In this document: piece after piece, positions 12,783 to 21,990 of the stretch | Layout of the letters: each line of letters opens with the position of its first letter | How positions within the stretch are numbered: position 1 is the first letter of the stretch | DNA from: the human T2T-CHM13v2.0 reference genome, Homo sapiens | Assembly (NCBI RefSeq): GCF_009914755.1 | Contig: NC_060927.1 | Direction: 5' to 3' (one strand) | DNA length: 64,000 bases | Notes under the pieces: generated by a model | What the model saw: the letters and a program-made list of their open reading frames with translations, nothing else | Told to the model about the DNA's origin: nothing | Database searches by the model: none | Position numbers and translations under genes: made by a program

Positions 12783-15716
12783 TTAGAACCTGTATGTTGT
12801 CTTCTCCAGGACTTCGAGGTAATCCGGCTTGGTTTGAAGTTTGGCCCTTAACTCGAGGTAATCACTTTTTTGGGTTTGGTGGTCTGTGAAGCCCTTTCCA
12901 GCCGAGAAGAGAAGGGTTTCTTTGAGCCTGGCATCCTGCTGTAAGTCTGGGTATTGCATGCCAGGAGGGTGCACGTGCAGTTCCTTTAATTTGGGCACTG
13001 TTCCATAGAGACAGTCCACAAATCCCACTGTGCAGGGGGCAGGCTGTGGCCTCTCTCGATCTAGTAGCATACTGCCACTACCACAGCCTCCCCCAGGAGG
13101 AAACAGCACCACCCCACCATTTTTCTCATGGTGGCGGAACCCTGCCAAGTCTCCCCCAGTTCCCCCAACTACTCCTGAAACCCCACCAACTGCTGGGTGG
13201 TGAGGGTGATGGTGATTCACCGTCACTATGGTGTTAAGCTGGGAGCTGGACACTGCTAGGGCCCACTCCTTCTCTTTTTCCAGCAAGGTCCGGTAGTTAC
13301 TATGGTTCTCCTTGGGTGTCTCAGCAAACTGCTCACTTCCTAGGAGAGCCTCACCCATTCCCGGTGGTTGTGTCCCTGGACCCCCACGTTCTGCACTCCC
13401 TGCTTCTTGGGCTGATGAAACAGCCACCTCCTCCTCCTCACGAGGCTTGTAGATGGGGTTGTTGCACATTTGGGTAACCGGGTGGGGGATGTACTCATAC
13501 ACATGACCCACGGGAGGGGCCTTCTCTGGAGAGGAAAGAGTTGGTCGACCACCACCCCCACTTCCGCCACCACCACCTCCACCATCCTCAAACAGCCTGT
13601 GGCATTGCATTTGGATGCCAGTAAGGTCCACACCTTCCTGCCGCTTGCTTCTGAAGGGCAGCTTCTTTCGACGCCTTCGGAGCACGTAGGCAAAGAGGCC
13701 TGCAGCAACAAAGACTGCTGAGAAAAACAGAACCAGCAGGCTGAGAATTAACACAGAAAGTGGCACAGGGCCCCCAGGAGGAGAAAACTCATAAGGTGAT
13801 GCACTGGTTGGTGCCCCAATAAGGTGAGAATCTCCAGGCTGGGCTGGGGATTCTCCAGCTGGTGCAACGTGCAGCATCTCTGGGCAAAGAACTTCCAGCT
13901 CAATAGTGCGCACATCACGGTGCGTGAGGTTCTCAGGGCTCCTGCAAAGCACATCACCAACCACACTGACTGAGCTGATGGTTTCGATCCACTGTTTAAA
14001 GGGGACCAGGTCACAGGTGCAGTCCCAAGGATTCTCATTGAGGTCTATCTGGACAATGGCATTCAAGTGTTCCAGGACACCAGCCACGGGAAGATAGAGG
14101 AAGTAGTTCTTCCTCAGGTTGAGCCGGGCCAGGGATGTGCCAGCAAAGGCGTCTGTTGGCAGAGTCCTCAGTAAGTTATTATTGAGGAATAGCAGCTTCA
14201 AGTTGGGCATGAGGCTGAAGGCTGCAGGCTGGATTTCCCGGATGACATTGAACTCAAAGTACAAGTAGTGCAAACTCTGTAGGCCTCGGAACATGCCTGG
14301 TGTCAGCTTCTCTATATCGTTGCCATTAAGGAAGAGGCTCTTTAAGTTGGGCAAGTTGATAAAGGCCCCATCTTGGACATAGGAAATACGATTGTTCCCC
14401 AGATGCAAGAGATCCAAGGAAGAAAAATTCCAAAAATCAGAACGGTATATTTTCTGAATCAGATTGCTACTCAGATACAGTTTCTTGGCATTCAAGGGCC
14501 TTGGAAGAAGTTCAGAAATGTTATTAAATCCTCGCTCTTTGCAGTTGACAGTCAAGCCAAGGTCATTGATGTGCAAATTACAGGTACACCCAGTGGGGCA
14601 TATAATGGGGATTGGTGGTCTGGTCTGATAAGGAGCAATGGGAGGCTGGTTTGGACCAGGATATAAAGCTTGGGAGGTGGAGGGTGGCCTTGGTGTTCGA
14701 GGCTGTTTGGTGGGCTTAGGCTGTTTATTTGAGGACTTGTATTCGACAGAAGAAGCAGTAAAATGAACAGAGGATAGCATTGAGGAAGGCTTAGTTGGCC
14801 ATGCATTCTCCTTACTTGATGACGAATGTGGAATTCCCAAACTAGCCTCTACCTCAGAGTCAGACAACAAGGGACAGAGTTCTGTCTTCCTGATTTCTCG
14901 TAGGTCCTTTCCATGGAAGTGGAAAGGGGTCTCACAGGTAATGTCTCCCACCAGGGCAGTATAAGGAATGCGTTCCAGCCAACTCTTCAGTTGTACAATT
15001 TCACATGTACAGTTCCAAGGGTTTTCTTCCAGCTGGAGCTCCATCAGGCTTCTGCCAATGTGATCTAGCATTCCTCGGTAAAAAAGAACCTTTAACCTAT
15101 TTCCACGTAGGTCCAAATGGGTTAAAGAGACAGCCTTAAATAAATTGGTTGGAAGCATGGGGATGAGATTATCATTTAAAATCAGAACCCTCAATTTACT
15201 TAGGTTCCGAAATGCCCCACTCTCAATACGTTTAATGACATTGTAATCTGCCTGCAGATATTCTAGACTTTCCAAGCCAAGGAAGGTGTCATTTCTGAAG
15301 ACATCTAGTTTGTTTTCATGTAGATATAGTCTCTTTAAAATCTTAAGACCATTGAAAGCTCCAGTCTGAATGTCCTGCAATGCATTGTTCCCAAGATTAA
15401 TAGACACAGCATTATTCAAATGAAGAAAACTGTTGGTATATAATTTCCTCATAGAATTCCTCTGCAGATACAGTTTAAAAGGTCTTGACCAGAACTCGGT
15501 AATCTGACTAATATTTGTAAATCCTTTACTGTCACAATGTATATGAAAGAGGCTTTCTTTAACTTCACAGTAGCATGGATCAAAACAGGGCTCATCTATT
15601 TCCTCTGAGTCCTCTATTAGGGGAATCGGGGTAGTCCATCCTAGAGCAATTGTGCTTAGAAGAATTATCCACAACATCCTTCCTCTGTGAAGCATCTCAG
15701 CTATGGAAGGTTTCAT
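12783..15716 (-). CDS. SLITRK3: SLIT and NTRK-like protein 3 (977 aa, single coding exon): signal peptide, two LRR clusters with LRRNT/LRRCT caps, one TM helix, cytoplasmic tail with Trk-like tyrosine motifs
   Basis: The 986-aa ORF starts at a TTG inside the splice acceptor; the first ATG is at 15716 (MKPSIAEMLHRGRMLWIILLSTIALG). It has LxxLxLxxNxL repeats, NPWxCxC caps twice, TM LSVLILSLLVLFFSAVFVAAGLFAYVL followed by RRRRKK, and NPIY and PDYLEVLE in the tail. I recognise the sequence as human SLITRK3. Confidence 0.98.
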   Translation of the reverse strand: MKPSIAEMLHRGRMLWIILLSTIALGWTTPIPLIEDSEEIDEPCFDPCYCEVKESLFHIHCDSKGFTNISQITEFWSRPFKLYLQRNSMRKLYTNSFLHLNNAVSINLGNNALQDIQTGAFNGLKILKRLYLHENKLDVFRNDTFLGLESLEYLQADYNVIKRIESGAFRNLSKLRVLILNDNLIPMLPTNLFKAVSLTHLDLRGNRLKVLFYRGMLDHIGRSLMELQLEENPWNCTCEIVQLKSWLERIPYTALVGDITCETPFHFHGKDLREIRKTELCPLLSDSEVEASLGIPHSSSSKENAWPTKPSSMLSSVHFTASSVEYKSSNKQPKPTKQPRTPRPPSTSQALYPGPNQPPIAPYQTRPPIPIICPTGCTCNLHINDLGLTVNCKERGFNNISELLPRPLNAKKLYLSSNLIQKIYRSDFWNFSSLDLLHLGNNRISYVQDGAFINLPNLKSLFLNGNDIEKLTPGMFRGLQSLHYLYFEFNVIREIQPAAFSLMPNLKLLFLNNNLLRTLPTDAFAGTSLARLNLRKNYFLYLPVAGVLEHLNAIVQIDLNENPWDCTCDLVPFKQWIETISSVSVVGDVLCRSPENLTHRDVRTIELEVLCPEMLHVAPAGESPAQPGDSHLIGAPTSASPYEFSPPGGPVPLSVLILSLLVLFFSAVFVAAGLFAYVLRRRRKKLPFRSKRQEGVDLTGIQMQCHRLFEDGGGGGGGSGGGGRPTLSSPEKAPPVGHVYEYIPHPVTQMCNNPIYKPREEEEVAVSSAQEAGSAERGGPGTQPPGMGEALLGSEQFAETPKENHSNYRTLLEKEKEWALAVSSSQLNTIVTVNHHHPHHPAVGGVSGVVGGTGGDLAGFRHHEKNGGVVLFPPGGGCGSGSMLLDRERPQPAPCTVGFVDCLYGTVPKLKELHVHPPGMQYPDLQQDARLKETLLFSAGKGFTDHQTQKSDYLELRAKLQTKPDYLEVLEKTTYRF

Positions 15717-15737
15717 CGTTCGTGGTTGATTACAAAA

Positions 15738-15760
15738 CTGCAACAGAAATAAAAATGCAG
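15738..15760 (-). other. SLITRK3: 3' splice acceptor of the SLITRK3 coding exon (exon begins 15737, 21 nt before the ATG)
   Basis: Minus strand reads ctgcatttttatttctgttgCAG|TTTTGTAATCAACCACGAACGATG: a polypyrimidine tract plus CAG. Confidence 0.9.
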
Positions 15761-17382
15761 ATTTTTAGCTTTTAGTCATATGTACTATTTTAATTGACTC
15801 CTACATGTGGGGCATTTTAAGAGCTATATAAAAACTTCAGCAATTGTTGAAGTGACACTCAAGATGAGCTAGCAACATACTTAATGTTTAGAGTGTGTCC
15901 TATATTTTAAACTTAGGAGACTCTGAAATATTGAACCATGCAGTGACATTTTCCTGAACCAAGCCATACTTGGTAAACGGCATATTGCATGAACAAAAGC
16001 AGCCTGCATTGCCTCTGTATAACAAACAACAGAACTGGTATATCGTACTTCCTTTTAGGCATAGGCAGATTCAGTAATAATGGCAATAATGTGGCCATCA
16101 CACCTGTTTGCCTGTTAAAACTCATGTTGACATCAAAGATACTCATAATAAATCTGATTGGAACTCTGATGGGAAAAATATGTTCTTTGAGTTATAGGTT
16201 TTGATGATTAAAAAGACATGATATACTCCAAAATTATTATATTGATTAGTGTGATAAAGTATGAGCCTATTGCTCAATATCAGATGTTGAGATGTGTAAA
16301 ATGATCAGCATCTCAGGAAAACTTAAGATTTATTTTTATGAAATGATCATAACATGCTTTATTACAGTGTATAGTCAGTATGTACACTATATGTCCACAT
16401 CTTCTTGCCCAATAATACATTATTGTCATCTTCTTTAATTTAATAAATAATTTGTATATATTTGTATCATTTGACTATTTAAAACATGTAGGAGTGATTA
16501 GCCCTTCTAAAAAACATGCCCGTGCAATTGTCAGAGCTAAAGATAGGGACAGCTAGAGGATGCTGAGTCTGAAAGTGTCTGAATTAAAACATTTGCAAAG
16601 CTTAGTTTGGAATGTGTATCTGCGCCTTCAAGATCAACTGAGGAACCCTGTAAAAAGCTGGAAGAGCAGGTGGCTGGTTAGAGGGGAGGTGGGTAGTTAA
16701 AGTCAAGAGAGAGTGGAAACCTCTATTCTTACCTGCTGATAAATGATCTATCACACGAAATAAATTTCAAAAAAGATATCATTCTTTTCCAATCAGAAGA
16801 AACAAATGCAGTGCACTATTCTGATAACAGTCTTTCTCTATGCATCGTTTTCCTTGCCTAATAACATCAGTATATGAAAATGTTTACATAAATGATAATA
16901 ATGCAGTTTTATTACACTGTCCTTCCTGAGTCACTAAAATATCAATCAAAATTTAATAGCTGATTTTAATCAACAAAAATAAACCAAAGTTTCTAGCATA
17001 TATTTTCCTCATAGAGAGCACACAGAAAGATATATTTCATCAACCTTCTTCTTAAACCACAATGATATAATTTATAGGAAAAGTGAAAGAAATAAATCTT
17101 AAACATTACACTCGCCTATAATGTTCACAGCTGTAAAGAAAGGAGATACCGTGAGAAAGCAAAGAGAAATCTGCCTCAGACATGCAATACTCAAAAATTA
17201 AAAACAATTCAGTGAAAAAGAGGGAGAGAGAAAAGGCTACATTGCAGTATCAATTAGTCTTCCATCTCCCTTATGAAATATTAAAATCTACTTGAGTTCT
17301 TTCTTCACCATCTTAAATATTTTTCTTGTTTTTCAGGTCCCTATGGTTTAGGCAAAAAAGGCTACAGATGTGTTGGACTTAC

Positions 17383-17960
17383 CTATTTTGCCAGAGTTTT
17401 TTTGGGTTTCGGGTTTTTTTGTAATTTATTTATTTATTTATTAGCATGGAACCGTGAAAAGAAAAAGAAAAAAAAAAAGCTTGAGTTTAAGGATTCTCTC
17501 TCTTTCCCTCCCCCTCCCTTTGCTTTGCTGAAGCTGAAGCAAAAGGGGATAAAGGGGGTTGGGCGGGGGGACTAAGAGAAAAAAAAAAAAAGCAGCAAGC
17601 TTGAGACGTGCTGGGAATGCAATGGGCTCTTCAATGGGCTTCTTTAGGATGCAGAACTGCCGCTTGGCACACTCAGTAGAGGAGGGAGGAGAAGGGGCTG
17701 CAGCAGGCTTCCAGCTCTGCTGCCCCTGCCGCTGCCGCCGCGGTGGCTGCTCTCTTTGGGTACCCACAGCACATCACTGGGCACTGGGAGGAAGCACAGG
17801 AGGGAGGCAGGGAGGAAGGAAGGCTCAATCACAGTGCAGAATCTCAGACTTCTCTCGCTCCGGCTTTAAAAATATATATGTGCTATAACCCTGAACCCAG
17901 CATTCCACGTCATGAAAATGAGCTCCAAAGGGAACGCGCTTAGCATGGGTTCGGGAGCGA
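17383..17960 (-). promoter_or_regulatory. Candidate alternative promoter / alternative 5'UTR exon inside SLITRK3 intron 1
   Basis: Perfect donor TAG|GTAAGT with the exon ending at 17383, a local GC/CpG-rich block with CAG/CGG-like triplets (17700-17745), and a TGACGTGG motif at 17905-17912. Confidence 0.5.
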
Positions 17961-17987
17961 GCACTAGGAACCCCTGACTATACAGTT

Positions 17988-17989
17988 GA

Positions 17990-18025
<36 letters not shown>
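17988..18025. repeat. (GT)n microsatellite
   Basis: Directly visible. Confidence 0.95.
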
Positions 18026-18027
<2 letters not shown>

Positions 18028-18161
18028 GGAAAAGAAGTAGAGGGGTAGAGAACACAAATTGGCAAAATAAGAAACCAGAGAGAAGGGGGAGGAGACCAAC
18101 CTATGGGAAACATTTCTTTGGTGAGGAAGGTGGAGATGGGGGAGGGGGGCAGGGATAGGCA

Positions 18162-18199
18162 TTTTCTTTCTTTCTTTCTTTCTTTCTTTCTTTTTTTTT
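18162..18199. repeat. (TTTC)n / T-rich microsatellite
   Basis: Directly visible. Confidence 0.9.
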
Positions 18200-21100
18200 A
18201 AACTCTCAAGGAAACCATCCCCTGAATGATTTGCTCCTTTAGTTTCCAAAGCTCATCTCTCTAGTGCAGGTGGTTTGAAAAGTGAGACTATCCTTCGTAA
18301 GTATCATTTTCACAGGACAGCCATTCCCTGCAATGACGGGGATGGGGGGAAATCCAGGTCCCCAAAGCAGAAAAGCTGAATCTGTCTGATTCTGCCTGGG
18401 TGTCCCGAATAAGAGCTCAGACAGCCTGAAAGACTTGGACCGAGTTTCTCCTGCATTTTGCTTCGATCCCGTTGCACCAGGAATTCTTTTGTTGTGCTGC
18501 AGGTCAAAGCCTTCGATAGCCCCTGGATTCAACAGCATTTCTTTTCTTCCACTTTTTAAAAACAGAGACAAGCCAATTCTCTGGAAGGAGATACAGACCA
18601 CTTGGGTAACAATGGTACATTTCACATTGCGCCACCGGGAAAGACCTCGCGGGATTGGGGTGGATTTAAGGATTTGGATGCTTTTGTCCGTTCTTTCTCT
18701 TTCTTATTTTTTAAACTCAAATATTTCTCCGTGAAATTTTCGGGGAGTGAATCCTAGGGAGTAGTGGGAGTGGGGGTGGAGGTGATTGAAGGAAGATATT
18801 GTATTGTAGAGGGACTACCAGATGACAGTTCAGGAACGCTTTCAGAGGAATTTTTTTAAGGCTCAGCTGACAGCACTACAGTCCTGCCTGCTGGGAAGGA
18901 ATGCAGCTTGGTGGGGAAACTGGGGAGAGCCAAGTGTGCAGCAAAGGAGTCTAATCAACAGGACCCGTGTGCTGTGGATGCTCCCCATCTGCCCCCACCA
19001 GCACACACCAATCCTGTCACCAACTCCTCGCCGGGAGGGGAGAAGGCAGGGACTTTTTGGTTGCTAAAGAACTAAACTGAACCTCAATTGCCCAAGGACT
19101 CAAAGTTAGTAGGTAGAGATGGTTTTCCCTTAATGGACCCTTTACAAAAGCAAATTTTAAAGCAAAGCACAGCTTACATGTCAATTTCTTACTGCTCTAA
19201 AACAGGTAAATCACCTAACAATGTGTTCCTTAAAAGTCAGTCAAAGGCAATTTCCATGATATTTTGCATTTAAAATGACCGCACAGGAGTCCACTGGCAG
19301 ACAGTAGCTAATTTTAGAAACATGCCACCATACACTAAGTAAGCAGGAGGGCAGAATTTTCTAACATTCTACCCTTAATATTCCAGACTCACCCTATTGC
19401 TCCCATAGGTCTTAGCCAAGAAGTAAACCAATACCGATAGCCTAAGCTCAGAATCAGAGCAATTCCCTCTCCCTCCCCAGCTGCCGGCACCCGCACCCTC
19501 CCCCCCATCCCCCGCCCAGCACTTTGGGTACCCAATGTGCAGAGGCGGTGACTATTTATCGGGTGTTATCGGAACCCATGATGTGATGGAATCGATGGGT
19601 AACCCGGAGGCTGCCCTGAGCTTCCAGATGACGGTAAATGTTGTCTCGGCAATGAAGTCTCTGTTATTTCTTGAACTAAAACCCCTTACGTTCTGGACCT
19701 GGGCTGTGTCCTAAAGGCTATCTCACCTTTTTCCTTTTCTTTAGCTCAGGATAGCGCGTCTAAAGGACAGGGAGGGCTCCAAAAGTTAGGGAATATTGAG
19801 CCATGGGGCCCCGGTTTTTTCCGTGTCCTGCTGGGAGCGCCCAGAGCCATTTGTTTGTCCAGAGGGAGGACAAGAAGCCCTTTCTCCCTGCTGTGCCCCC
19901 TTCCCACTTCCTCCTCCCCACTGCTGGATCTTACAGCTCACTAATTTTTTCAGATCTAAGATTAAGTATTCCAATATGGAAGCAAAACTATCTTCCCTAG
20001 AACAAATAATTAAAACGCTGCATCATTCATTTTCTGAAGAGCTTTGAGCCGTCTATAGAGCCTTTTCTAATCTGCTGTCGTCAGGCGAAACGCACAATGG
20101 TCTGTTTAGAAACGGAAAATTATTAAAAGCTCAAGCCTTTTTCCTTCTACCTCTTACAACACCAGCGAGCATTCCACTGGGGGAGGGGTCCTTCGCTCCG
20201 CCACCTGGCCTATTTGTTGGAGTTACTTACGATGTCTTCACCCAGAAAAGAGGTCCGAGGGTATGTTAGTCTCCGGTACCCCTCCTTCCACCAACGTCCT
20301 TACACCTAACTGATCCAATTCAAAACTGCAACAAACCCCTAGCACCTGTGAGCGTACAGAATACACCGCGGCCAAACTCGATGTGCTCTACAATGCACAT
20401 CCTACATACGAGAAATACTGGTTTCAATTAGGCGAAGTAGGAAAGGATGGCGGCGAGTACCTATGGTGCAGAGCGCTCAGGATCTCCGAGGTTTGCTGCG
20501 AGGGGCTACCCAGCAGGAGGGGCAAACTCTCTGCGAAGCTGAATTGTATCCATCATACTGTAGCCTTGTAGCTTCTCCTCTTCTGGCCACCAACTTTCCG
20601 AAAGGCTACCGAATCACGCTTGTAATCCGTTTAAATGTTTCCACCTTTGAGACTTGCAGGGAAATGGTCGCTGCATACCAATGGGAGAGCGGGGCGCGCA
20701 CCTAGCGCGGCGATGCCAGCGACAGGGAGCTCACGACCACAGCTCCCTATGCCCTCGATGGTTGGTAGGCAGGCAGGCAGAGTGAGTGTCCCAGGACTAG
20801 GTTCCTTTGATTTAAAATCTCGGTGCTCTGGATCAGTGGAGAGCTTCGTTGTTCCCGAGAGCCTGAGCTCAGTCTCTGGATTTCTCTCTTTCTCTCTTCC
20901 TCAAAGGTTGTCACTCACAGCGCAATCCCTGCCCGAGGCCTCCTTCCATCCGAGAAGATGGAATTAGCCCTTGCTTTTCCAGGGTGTCTTTGCTCTTTGC
21001 CCTTTAGGTGGGTGGGAGTGGGGGTTGGTGGCGTGTAGATGAGAGAAGAAAAGGGTGGGGAGAGGCGGAAAGGAGGCAGGAAGGGGGCGACTAGATCTCA

Positions 21101-21373
21101 GATCCCAGCATTGGTCAGACGGCGAAGGTGGGGGGAAAGAAGGAGAGGGGGAGAGAAGATACAAATACACAGTATGGCTGTGCACACCAAATTCCACTTG
21201 GATTTGGGAGATCTCAGGCAAAGCACGAAGGTGAAGCGATACCGTTGGCAGAGAGTGAGTCCTCTGACCGCTCACCATTCAAGCACCCTCACTTCTCGAG
21301 CGGGAGAAGGTGCGGGGGAGGGGGGTGGGAGGGGGAGGGGACTGCTGAACGTTTCAGGCCAAGGAGACGCTCG

Positions 21374-21391
21374 CGGCGGCGGCGGCGGCGG
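21374..21391. repeat. (CGG)6 trinucleotide repeat
   Basis: cggcggcggcggcggcgg directly visible. Confidence 0.95.
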
Positions 21392-21472
21392 CATCTTTTA
21401 AGACTGACCTGCTTTAAAAGTGCCACTTTAATGGCCTAGGAAATAACTAAAATCGGATTACACGTTACTTAC

Positions 21473-21754
21473 CAACGTCTCCTCCTAAACTGGAGCGCCA
21501 GGTCGTGTATAAGGAGTCAATATAGGAAACGCAGGGCTGGAACCTGAATGCAAATCCATCAGCCGCCCCCAAATCGCGCACCAAGGGAGCGGCGCTCGGG
21601 AGCCCCCAGATCAGCCCATCGCCGGAGCTCCGCCAGCGCGTCCCCCCCGCACCCCCGGCCCCTCCTCCGCGCCAACTGTGTAAATCAGCCGCCGCAGTCC
21701 TCTCGCCGCGCATCGCAGGCAAAATCCCGGCTTAGGAAGCAAGGAAGCAAGTGA

Positions 21755-21844
<90 letters not shown>

Positions 21845-21990
21845 TCGCTCTCTCTCTCGCTCTCGCTCTCGCTCTCTCTCTCTCGCTTTCGCTGTCCGCC
21901 TTTCCCTCTCCCCCATTATCGGTCACAACCTGGCAGCTCTTCAAGAGACACCCTGTGAAATTGAGTGTCGGGAAGTCAGCATTCTGTACC
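21473..21990 (-). other. SLITRK3: Probable non-coding first exon (5'UTR) of SLITRK3; 5' boundary uncertain
   Basis: Consensus donor TTG|GTAAGT with the exon ending at 21473. It lies inside the CpG island, downstream (on the minus strand) of CCAAT and GC boxes. Confidence 0.65.
21755..21884. repeat. Long interrupted (TC)n/(GA)n microsatellite, ~130 bp
   Basis: Directly visible, with occasional TG/GC interruptions. Confidence 0.97.

Noticed and set aside
13046-14806. Several 60-120 aa antisense or alternative-frame ORFs overlapping SLITRK3
   Set aside because: Expected shadows of a GC-richer coding region, with no recognisable domains.
15717-15743. 9-aa N-terminal extension MQFCNQPRT in the ORF track
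   Set aside because: It begins at a TTG within the intron's acceptor (ttgCAG|); the first true ATG is at 15716.
20195-20213. CTCF-like GGCCAGGTGGCGG on the minus strand
   Set aside because: The 5' half of the core mismatches, and such partial matches are common in CpG islands.
21885-21900. Possible REST/RE1 site (cgctgtccg)
   Set aside because: Only the right half-site is present; I found no full TTCAGCACC-nn-GGACAG element by eye.
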